The notes under the pieces are model-generated. The model searched no databases, was not told the DNA's origin, and saw only the letters and a program-made list of their open reading frames with translations. Source: Somniosus microcephalus (Eukaryota). Taken from it: a stretch of 64,000 nucleotides of DNA. Below are positions 49,281-60,054 of this stretch, piece by piece. Each line of letters begins with the position of its first letter. The stretch's first letter is position 1. The stretch is from NCBI GenBank assembly GCA_052327205.1, contig CM126221.1:43090001-43154000 (forward strand), given 5' to 3'. Both the position numbers and the translations under genes were made by a program.

Positions 49281-50899
49281 ATTCTATGACTGGATCAGAA
49301 TTGGTTTTGTATCAAGTATGCACTCATCTGGAGTTCATTGTGCTGTTTACCAATAAGTCATGTTCATGTTTTTCATTGACCTCCCCAGTATGTTTTTTCC
49401 GATTGCTTAACGTGTGGTTTCTAAATTGCTATGCACTTCAGTTGTAGGGTGGTAGATTTACCGTATTTGCATGAGGTTGAAGACTAAAAAGCTTTGTGTT
49501 GAGACAAATCTGTCACGTGACCGAGCCATGAACCTGGGTGTAGTCCAGCAGAGGGAGCACTTGGGTGAAGTACAGTATAAGTCACAGCCTTCATGAGAAA
49601 AATGAAGGGGAAAAACTGGGCAGTGATGCGCTGCAAAAAAAAGGGTAATTTGTGAGATTGAATATATTACCATTCACTTGGCTTGTGATTAATGTCTTCT
49701 GACTTCACCTGATAGTTTTTTTGTTGTAATCTGCTGCTCACTGTATATCTTGTATTCCTGTTCTGAGCCTGAATAACTGGATTTAGGTTCCGTCGATTCT
49801 GGGTGGTTGTTGGGTTTGGCAGGTGCAGTTTCAAACCAGAAACTTCTGAATGTAAACTAAGTACTTTGCATTGCTCAACATGAAATATAATTTTCCTGCT
49901 ATTTGTAACCACAACGCCAAGGTAAACAGACCTCTTGGGCAGTTTTTCTTTACCTTCTGCAGTCTTGAAAACCTCCAAATACAACATGTAGAATTCTTTG
50001 GACAGATGATTGAATCTTTAAGTTCATGCTCTAGTGCCAGTGCGGCATAATTGCTGACTTTCCCATTGTTGGATTTTCAGTTCATATTGGGGCCATAAAT
50101 GTTCTGTGATCCTTTAATATTTTTGAAGATTGTGGTCTTCAACTAGAAGGTTCTCTGTAAAGAACCTATTAATAAGCTTTAAAAATAAAATTGCTATTAA
50201 TAAATGGCAACCGAGCAGCTGAGATTACCATGTTGGGCGATAGCATTTTACTAACAATTTAGGGTGTTCTAAAAGGTTTCCCTGATTGCTTGACTGCTCC
50301 TCCTGGCACCACATTAAAGCCACGGGCCGCTAACGGCCATTGCTCACCGCCCCCCCCCCCCCCCCCCAACCCGGATTGCCCGCCATTGACAAATTTGCTC
50401 CCATCCCCAACTGGCACCTGCAGCTCGCTGGCAGTATCGCAATGAGGTCGACGAGATCTTTTGCCGTTGTCCTCCCACCAGCTTCACTAGGCACAAGCGG
50501 CGTACGTTACACAGGGTCGGGCGTGATCCAATTTGTAGGCCCACATCTCCATCTGTTGAATATTCAGGTGAAGATTAAAGTCCTTCTACTACCATTTAGA
50601 TAGCAATAAAGATGAACAATTTAAGTATTTGGTCCCCAGAACACTACCGACTTTGTTGGTAGAGATATTTGGAGGCCAGTGTAGTCCATCTCCAGAAATT
50701 AGTGTGCAAGAACAAGCAACACTATCTTCAAAACCAAGGATGGTAGCCATGGCCATTAACTCCCTATGAACCACATGGTTTAAAGACCCATACTATAAAT
50801 GGAGTGTAAGATCAAAGCATAGCCACCTTCCCATACCACAATAATTTGCATTGTGAGTTGTGTCTTTACAAATCACGTCTTTAACACTAATTGTCAGAG

Positions 50900-51335
50900 T
50901 GCCTAGGTTTGGAGCACCCTCCTCTGAGTTCGGAGGTTGTTGGGTCAAGCTCCACTAAGTCTTTGAACATTTAATCTAGACTGACGCTTAAGTGCAATAC
51001 TGAGGAAATGCTGTTTTGTAGGAAGTGCCATCTATTGGGCATAACATTAAGCTAAGATTCTGCCTGCCTGCTGGGTAGATTTCTTACATGGCACAGTTCG
51101 AAGACCAGAGTTCTTGCAGTGTCCTGGCCAACATCCCTCCCTTAATCATAGCTACCAAAAATCAGATTTCCTGGCCTTTCATTTATTTGTTTGTGGGAAG
51201 TTAGTGTGTAGATTAGCTGCTGTATTTGCCTACATAACAACAGTGACTGCACTTCCAAAAAAAAAAAAAGTATTTCACTGGCTGTGACCCTCTTTGGGGC
51301 TTCCTGAACATGAAGTGCTATATAAATGCAAGTTA
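50900..51335 (+). mobile_element. Diverged full-length Deu-domain SINE
   Basis: Collinear with 47432-47578 and 9664-9960; ends in gctatataaatgcaag. Confidence 0.65.
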
Positions 51336-51808
51336 ATCACTGAATGCTTACTAAATGATCCAAAAAATTGGTTATTGCTTTACTAGTTAGCTGGGTGCAT
51401 GTTTGGACATGATGATTTTCAAACTTTTTATTTTAGTGCAAATGCAACAGCAGCCCAAATATTGTCATTAATATTAATTGATTTAAAAATTGGAATGTAA
51501 TATTTTCCTAGCCTTTGTAACCCAGAGGTTGTTTTAGACAAGTGTCCATAGGCATATTGTTCTACCGTTCTGCCACAAGGGAAGAAACCTGAACAAGCTT
51601 TCAATTACGAGACCCAGAAATGGTGTTAGAAATTCATAGTTCAGATTCCCTCCACTGGTTCGCGCCTAAATCGGATAAATAAATGATTTCCAGTAATTTG
51701 TTAACCTGTTACCGTAGCAACTTGTTATTCCTCTCCTGATTGGCCAATTAGGATGACACTGGGTTTTCCCAGTGTCATCAATCAAAATATAATTAATCTA
51801 ATGAAAGT

Positions 51809-54800
51809 TGTTACGTCCGTGTAATAATAAGAAAAGGACTGCAGAGAACAGTACAACAGGTGTTTACTCAACGTGGTTCAAACTGCAACTGAACTGTACA
51901 GATTACTACTCAACGTTACATAAAGGTGTGGTCACTGCCGGTACTAGAGTATATATGAGCTGTACAAAGTAGTTCCCCCCCCCTTAAAGGTACATACATT
52001 ACAATTCCTCCCCTTTTAGATTAACAGTACCATAACACTCATTTAACAATTAAGTATCAAACTAATTACAATTAACACTTTTAACATGCAACATTAGCTG
52101 AAAATAGTCTATTTATAAATTCAGTCTTTGGGGAGGCTTCCTGATCCTTTCTGGATAACGCCTTTCCCGAGTGTCTTGCTCTTGGTGCAGAGGCGATTCT
52201 GGCCCCCTGTCGTCGGTTGGTTCATCAGCTTCCGATGCTACTGTTTCTGGGGTAGATGCTACCCGTACGTCGGGTTCATCACCAGGTACGTATGGGTGAG
52301 GCATGGGGTTGACTTGTTCCTGTGACCCTAGGATCTGTCAGCATGGTGTCTCACGATGCTCTCCCCAACGTCCACTGTGTACATTAGTGGGCCCTGCCGT
52401 GTGCATATCGTTCCTGGCTGCCATTTTTCTGTTCAGTAGTCACGGGCCAAGACTGGTTGCCCTACATTGAAGCTCCTTGTTGGCTTCTCATGGATGTGCT
52501 GGAATTGCTTACTCTCAACATCTCTTCGTACGTTTGGTCTGAGCAAATCCAGGCGAGATCTTAACCTTCGGTTAAAGAACATCATGGCTGGGGCCTGGTT
52601 GGTGACTGCATGTGTCGCATGCCGGTAGGCGAACAGGAAATTGTCCACCTTGTGCTGCAGCGGAATGTTGTCATTGTACATAGCCTTTATTGCCTTGTTA
52701 AAGGTTTGTACGAACCTCTCAGCCAATCCATTTGTGGCTAGATGATACGGGGCGGATGTGTAATGCCATACCCCATTCTTTTTCAAGAACCTCCGGAACT
52801 CTTCGGACACAAACTATGGTCCGTTGTCGGAGCAAATCTGTTCTGGCAAGCCATTCCTGGCAAAAATGGTCCGTAGGACTGCAATAGTTTTCTCCGTGGT
52901 GGTGGAGGACATTTTGATGACCTCAGGCCATTTCGAGTGCGCATCCACGGCTATTAAAAACATTGAGTCCATGAATGGACCAGCAAAATCAATATGCACC
53001 CGTTGCCATGGAGATGAGGGCCACTCCCATGGGTGTAGAGGGGCCTGTGGTGGTGCATTTTGGGCTTTCTGGCATCCTGAGCAGCTCTTGGTCAGGCCCT
53101 CGATTTGTTTATCGATTCCCGGCCACCACACATAAGCCCTGGCTAGGCTTTTCATTTTTACCCCTCCCAGATGACCCTCATGAAGCTCATTGAGCACTCT
53201 CTCCCTTAACTTGGGTGGAATTACCACTCGGGATCCACACATCAAGGTCCCCCCGGCACACTGACAGCTGTTCTCTCCTTGTCGAGAATGCTGGCAACAG
53301 TGAGTCGCCATGTGCTGGCCATCCCTTCACCGTCAAATCATATACCCGAGACCGTGTCGGGTCATTTCGGGTTTCCTTTTCGATACAAGCATTAGTTACC
53401 GGTAGGTATTCAACTATAGTCGAATGGAATATTTCGACAGGATCCACTGCTGGTGCTTCCTCCGCAGTAGGCAGTGGCAGGCGTGATAGCCCATCAGCAT
53501 TTCCATGCTGTTTCGTGCCCTTATATTCAATCTCATAGTGGTGCGCCCCTAGAAAAAGTGACCATCTTTGTAGTCGTTGCGCAGTCATCACCGGAACACC
53601 CTTCTCTGGATTAAAAATGGAGACAAGAGGCTGGTGATCAGTCAGCAAGGTGAATTTCTGCCCGTGCAGATAGTGATTGAACTTTTTCACTCCCCACACT
53701 AGGCTGAGGGCCTCCCTGTCAATCTGGGTGTAGTTAGCTCGGCTGAGGTTAGTGATCGTGACGCAAAGGCTATTGGCCTCTCTGAGCCATCCGAGAATTT
53801 GTGTGACAGCACCGCTCCAATGCCTTTTAGTGTTCCGAGTCCTTGCTGGAACACTTCTTTCGCGTCAGTTAGGATCTTTGACAGTCGCCCAGGTGTGATG
53901 TCGTCATCCTTTTTGTCAGCCACAGTCAGTGCCTGTATGGAATGCCAATCCAGTTGTATTTTCCGGATCCATTCACGTCCCAGTAATGGTGGTCCTCCAT
54001 CTTGCAATACATACAGGTCTAGTTTTGGTGTTTCCTTACCATTATATATAACGGTCACCCTTATTTTTCCTTTGGGGTAGACTTTTTGCCCCGTGTACGT
54101 CTTCAAAATAATTTTTGTGTCTCTCAAGGGTATGTGTGAGAATAGCCGCTCGTAGTCCCGTCGGTTTATGACTGTTAGGGCTGATCCTGTGTCCAATTCC
54201 ATCTTTACCTGGACTCCTGCTATCTTGAGAGTGACCCAAATGGTTCGGTGATCCTCTGTTGTGATCACATTATGTAGTTTCAGACAACTCAGTTCCCTGC
54301 TTTCGGAGTCGTTATCACTCTTTTGTTCGTCTGAAGTATTCTCCGTTATCTTATGTACCACCTTGTACTTTCCTTTGGTCGGTTTCTTATTGCTGGTTTT
54401 CTTTCCCGACCTGCAGACTCGTGCTCTGTGTCCTACTTTTCCACACTGTCTGCACACTTTGTCTTTGAACCAGCAATCATTCTGGTCGTGTGTTGTTCTG
54501 CCGCAGCGATAGCACTTCTCTGTTCCATATGACATTTCGTTTGTGCCATATTCTTGTGGTCTCTGTTGTATCTCTGCAGCGCCCCGTGCTGCTGCTTCAT
54601 ATGATACCGCCATGCTGAAAGCCTTTTCCAGCGTAAGGTCCTTTTCAGATAAAAGCCGTTTCTGGGTTCATTCACTTTGAAGCCCACACACAAACTTGGC
54701 CCTTAAAGTATCTGCTAGTCCCGTTCCAAACTGGCAGTGTTTCGATAGCTTGCGCACTTCCGTTAAATACTCAGCATTACTTTCATCTTTATGCTGGTTC

Positions 54801-55984
54801 CTTTTGTGAAACTTAAATCTTTCTGCTATCAGCAGCGGTGCGGGGTTTAAGTGGTCCTGTAGGATTGACACTATGTTTTCAAAATCCTTTTCTACTGGCT
54901 TCTCTGGGGTTACTAGGTTTCGTAGTAAGCCATACGTTTTTGCATCCATTGAATTCAACAATACCAGCGCTTTCTTGTCATCTGGCACTTCATTCGCCTT
55001 GCAGTATACTTCTATGCGTTCAACATATGTCGTCCAATCTTCGACTTCATTGTTGAACGCTGTGATACTGCCACTCTTCGGCATTTTTGGGTGTGGTTAG
55101 ACTGGCTTAAAATGGCGTCTCCCGCGCTTTCCTTTCTTCCCCGCTGCGGCTTAAAATGGCGTCTCCCGCGCTGCTGCCAACGCCGCTCTCGGCGGTCCTC
55201 GTGGCAAATGGCGACGCCCTGTGGGTTTCGCGCACTGCTCCTGCGCTGCTGCCAACGCTGCTCTCTGTGGTCCTTGTGGCAATGGCAGCGCCTCGCGTTT
55301 TCCTGCGCGCCTCTCTTCCCCCGTTGACGCTGCTCGGCCCTTGAACACCGGCTGCTCTCTGCTCTCTCTCGTCTCTCTTCCCCCGTTGACTCCGCTCGGT
55401 CCTGAACACCGGCTGCGCTCTGCTCTCTCTCGTCTCTCTCCCCCATTGACGCCGCTCGGTCCTGAACACCGGCTGCGCTCTGCCCTCTCCCCCGTCGACG
55501 CTGCTCGGCCTTTTTCTGTGCCGCTCGGTCGGGCTCTAGCCCGCCGTTGTCCGGGAAGGGTCTGCGCAGTACCTGTTGCCAGCCCGTTTCGCTGGACCAC
55601 CGTGGCTGGAATCCAAGCCTGGCTCTCGACAGCCTCCCCTGCGATGCTCAAATCTCCGCTGGATGACTGGGCGGTTGCCCCTGGTCGACGCCCGTGCTTC
55701 TGGACTCGACCTTCTTCCACTGTTCTCCAGGAGCGAATCCCTGGGAGGTGATGCAGAGTTGCAGGTAGGTTCGAACTTGCTCGTCGCCACTGTTACGTCC
55801 GTGTAATAATAAGAAAAGGACTGCAGAGAATGGTACAACAGGTCTTTACTCAACGCGGTTCAAACTGCAACTGAACTGTACAGATTACTACTCAACGTTA
55901 TGTACAGGTGTGGTCACTGCCGGTACTACAGTATACATGAGCTGTACAAAGTAGTTCCCCCCCCTTAAAGGTACATACATTACA
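51809..55984 (-). mobile_element. Defective Ty3/Gypsy (Mag-like) LTR retrotransposon lacking RT
   Basis: LTRs at 51809-52003 and 55791-55984 (about 9 substitutions plus 1 indel), target-site duplication AAAGT, primer site TGGCGACGAG and polypurine tract aaaaggggaggaat. Gag (54668-55084), two knuckles, LDTGS protease, RNase H (IAFASRSL, TDHQPL) and integrase (LHEGH..CSGC, HIDFAGP, SDNGP, NGLAERFV), with several frameshifts. Confidence 0.93.
55100..55530. repeat. GC-rich tandem repeats in the Gypsy leader
   Basis: ~60-bp units ccccgttgacgccgctcggtcctgaacaccggctgcgctctgctctctc (3-4 copies) and a duplicated ggcttaaaatggcgtctcccgcgct. Confidence 0.8.
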
Positions 55985-57699
55985 AAAGTGCCCCCTTTTT
56001 AAAGGGCACAAACATTAACACCCAAATCATAAATAAAACAAAAGGAACTTATCAAATGAAAAAATAATATTATTTACACTATCGACTACACACTCCAGTC
56101 CCTGTGGTGGCCTCCGGCCGCGGAAGACCTCAAGCGTACCGGACAACGCATGCTCCTTCTCCAGGGTCACCCGGGTGTGGACATAGCCACGGAAGGGAGG
56201 CATAGCAACTTGTTACTGACCGTTCCGCTTCTAAAGCATTCTGATGTCTGTAGCTCATCTTTTTGATTTGACTTAAGTTTATAAAGTTGATTAATAGTTA
56301 ACAAAGTTACTTCAACTTGCAGCATTTATAATGGCTGGTGCTACCATTTCAAAAGACCGTTGCAAACTTGTTTTTGTAATGGCTTTTTTCTGAAAATATA
56401 ATACTGCAGCAGGTATTTTACCTTAATATTTGTAGTAGAATTGCTACGGCAATATTCCTTGTAATAAAAAGAAATTCAGTAGTGGAGGGAGGAGGAATAG
56501 AGAGAGGTTCACAGTCAGAACTTCTCCAGGCTAGTTACTTTCAATATGCAGCATCTTTGAAGGAGTTACTGTATTCCGACTTTGAGAAGCCTGACCCAGT
56601 TTCCTTCGGAGAATGTAGCATGAGGATAGACGCAATGGACCCATAGTCACATTTCCCTTTATCCAACCCTTTACAACTGCAGTAGTAGCTAATAAAGCCG
56701 TTCAACCTGAGGGTACGCTACACCAAAAATAAAGATATTCTGTAGAAAGTTTAAAATATGTACGTTAAATATATCTATCTATGCAAAGTAACTCCCATTA
56801 AATATAGGTGCAATTTCGATCCATATTGGGCGTATCTTGTATCCGGTCTTAGCTGTGCCCTACTGAAGCTGAAAATTTTTGATCTGCTTTTCAGTTTTTG
56901 GTGGTGCGGAGGCCATTTTCTGAAATCAGATATTTAATAGCTTGATTCGGGAGCTGTCAAAACTTGCCCAGTGAGGTCAGGGAAATAACACAAATTTTTA
57001 ATTGCGCGCAATATTAAACGTCTCATTTTTATATCATGATAGAAGCAGAAGCACATTTCTTTAAAGTAAAAAGGCAGTCTATAATCCATTAAGATATACC
57101 ATACACCAATTTATTTTTTACTGATTTTCTTTGTTTAAATTTAACTATAAAGGTTAATGTCACAGAATATAGTTATTTTATAATATTCAGAACTAGAAAT
57201 TTATACAAAATAATTTTTGAAAACATACAGTAGGCATTGTATTCTATTTAAGAAACTATGAAGGAAAAATCAATGTTCAATCAATACAGTATAACTGTCA
57301 TGTATTGTTTGAACAGCAGAGCAAAAAAGCCACTAATATGGGAATGTAACTGAATTGAAATAATTTTGTTTGTAACTTTCTAATCATACATTTTATTGAT
57401 ATAACTATACATTTCTTAAGTTAAATATTATAAAATTTGAATTGGTTAAATAGAATTTGTAATTTTTTTATTACTATCATCTCCAAATAAACACTACAGC
57501 CATATCTGCTACTTATTTTAAATCAAAAACTACGTTGGAAAAATTTGAGGTAATTGGAGTGGAAAAGCTGTCGGAGGTATTTGACTCCAGCTTGTATTGA
57601 ATATTAATGCTGGACAATGTACATCGAGCAATGCAGAGATTATTAATTTTTAAAAATTCAGTATTTGCAATTCTGGTTATGACCACAGAGTTGAGCAAA

Positions 57700-58508
57700 T
57701 ATTTATTGCTTGGCACCCCGTGAGGTTGATGTAGTTTCAGTTATTCTGCAGCATGCCAATGACCCTTTTTTTTGACATGACGCAGCCGTCTGCCTTTGCT
57801 GCTGAGACTGCGGTATCATTGAGTTAGCATATGAATACGGAGCAAATGTGGTGCACAGACTTAACCCATTGCCTGGGAGTGGTTCGTCACAGCTTGAAAG
57901 AATTTTATTTTTTTAGATATTAGAGTAATTCTGTGAGATTTGCTTTAGCAGCATCAAGCATATGTGTATGGAACTGGCAATAATACACACATGTTTGTGT
58001 GGTGCATGGAGGAAAAGACTATTTAGTACTCAAAAGGTTAATGCACCAGTTTAAAATCTTGCCGTGGAAATTTGACAGCGTATGTGATTAATGGTTAAGG
58101 AATGCTGTTATAAGATTGTTGCAGTTCCTTTTAACCAAATGTGCTAATGCTCTTCCGAGTCACTTTCTGGAGGTGTTTGAATTGTACGTAGGGGTATAGT
58201 AAGGAGAGGGTGATCATTATGACCTGGCAACTGGAGAAAACGTAAGCCAATCGAAGATCAGCTTGTTTTCGGTCAAGTGGTTCGAACTGCTATGACATGC
58301 ATTGGATTACTGTACGTTACTGAGACAGTACCTTAAGATGGCTGGCTGTGCAATATGCTGCGAGTGACTTGCAGCTGGTTAGAATTTTTAATTGCCGTTT
58401 GGATTCTCCTGGGGCGAGGCAGAACTTTTCTGATCGGTTGAGCTCAGATGTAGCTGTGAGGGATGATACCAGAGCATTAGATGCTGCCTGTATTTTAATT
58501 CTGACATA
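57700..58508 (+). promoter_or_regulatory. Probable internal promoter / 5' UTR of the isoform-3 first exon
   Basis: Repeat-free stretch with more CpG than the flanking AT-rich intron, CCAAT elements (agccaatc ~58245, attgg ~58301) and a GC-box-like ggggcgagg (~58411), directly upstream of the ATG. The start site cannot be determined. Confidence 0.45.
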
Positions 58509-59720
58509 ATGGGAAACTCTTTAGGATGCGTTCGAGAGCAACAAGAGACTGCAGAAACAGATCAGAGAAAATCTCCCCTCACGCCACAAAAAAAAATCAG
58601 ATTTAAACGCATAAGGAGAAACAAGAAAGCTGCTTTACATTCTAGAGATGCTGCAGAAGGACCTGAAAAAAACCTGCCTGAAAAATCATTCCGGTTGGCG
58701 ACACTGCAGAAAAAAGGTGACACTGGTTTGGATGCGATACATTTCCCTTTGGATGTAACGGTGGGAAAATTGTTAACGGAGACCAACACTGATCCTAAAA
58801 ACTGGAACACGGAACATGTTGAAGACCTTTCAGATGTGTTACAAGAGCCGGTGCATCTCAGTAATGCATCACATTTTATTGCTAAGACTGTGATCACGCC
58901 AGAGAAATCAATAGATGTAAATGTTGACGCTAGTGTAGAAAGTGCACAGCAGGTGCTTTCTATTGAAGCTGAAATCAAACCAATCGGTGAACATGTGGAG
59001 AAATTTGGGAAAGAATTACATATAGCAGATCAAATTTCAGCAGGGAAAGAGCTCTGTGACCTAGGTGTAAAGCTTTCAGAAGCTGAAGTGAAAGGAGATT
59101 TGAGAGCTGTGCCCTTCCCAGTGTCTGGAGAAGAGAACCAAATTCAGCATGTAAAAGGAAATACAGCAGTAAGCAGTGGAAGAATTGAGAATATCACTGA
59201 GGCTGCTGCCTTCAACAGCAATAAAATAAAAGGTGATGTTGAAAGTCCCATATCATCCAGAGAGACGGCAGTGGAGAAACGACAGCTTGAGTGGGAGGGA
59301 AACAGCGCAATGAGATTCAGTGCACTTGATAAGCTGTTTAAACCTCTACATACTGAACACATATATGGGGAGAACAGCCAGTCATCACCGTACAGGGGAA
59401 CTGAGGCTCTTGAAGAGGAAATAAAGTTATTAAGAATGGAGGCTAATGTGTCACCTTTGCAGAGTGACTTCACTTTAAATACAGAGCTCCAGACTAATAA
59501 TACTCTGTACTCCTCTGGTTACTGCAGTAATTTTCCATCTACAGATATAAATGATAGTGAATCTGGCAGAACAACGAGCAGAGATTTTGAGCTGCTCTGC
59601 TCTATGCCCGATAGAAGCAACTTGTCCATTTCGGAAAATGAGTTTGGATTATCAATGAATAGTGAAGGCGAAGATGACAATTTAGAGCAGATCTCGCTTC
59701 TTGGCCAGGAAATGGTTAAT
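58509..59720 (+). CDS. MACF1: Alternative first coding exon of the CH1-less isoform-3 type (404 codons, MGNSLGCVREQQ...EMVN)
   Basis: 408-aa non-transposon ORF with strong Kozak context (ataATGG). The N-terminus MGNSLGCV..SP..KKIRFKR resembles the recalled mammalian MACF1 isoform-3 start (MGNSLGCVKEP..SPKKRVRFKRR), not the dystonin one (MGNVCGCV). It lies after the last CH1 exon and has a phase-0 donor AAT|gtaagg at 59721; a weaker phase-0 ATG|gttaat is at 59715. Confidence 0.88.
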
Positions 59721-60054
59721 GTAAGGTTACTTTAATAATGTGGAGAAGCATATCTTGTCATTCTTTAAAAAACAGTCTCCAAAAATGTTTCTAATTATGC
59801 ATGTTGGTGTGCACAACATTGTACTTTAAAATGTTCAACAGTCTTGATAGGCCTGTGCTTTACTGCAAGCAGCTTGTAAACCGCACCCCCAAATTTCATT
59901 CCTGAAAGCAACAAACATTATTGGGACTGCATTCATTTACTTGAAAGGAAGACAAATAAGAACTATGACTAATTAGTACCTGCCTATAGTGTATCCCCAT
60001 GCTCTTATTTTAAAATTAATTGGTTTTAAAATTCCCATTTAAGGTCTCCTCTGT

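Larger units (their letters stand above)
51728..56202 (-). mobile_element. Short 5'-truncated Tx1/L1-clade LINE 3' end (~300 bp), split by the Gypsy insertion
   Basis: 13-bp direct repeat TAGCAACTTGTTA at 51715-51727 and 56203-56215. The minus strand of ~56075-56200 reads FRGYVHTRVTLEKEHALSGTLEVFR..PQGLECVV, like a Tx1 ORF2 C-terminus. Confidence 0.6.

Noticed and set aside
55012-55853. Several 100-190 aa ORFs upstream of the second Gypsy gag (possible extra gene)
   Set aside because: They are open on both strands because of GC-rich leader repeats and have no recognisable motifs.
58562-59473. Antisense ORFs over the isoform-3 exon
   Set aside because: Shadow frames of a real coding exon.
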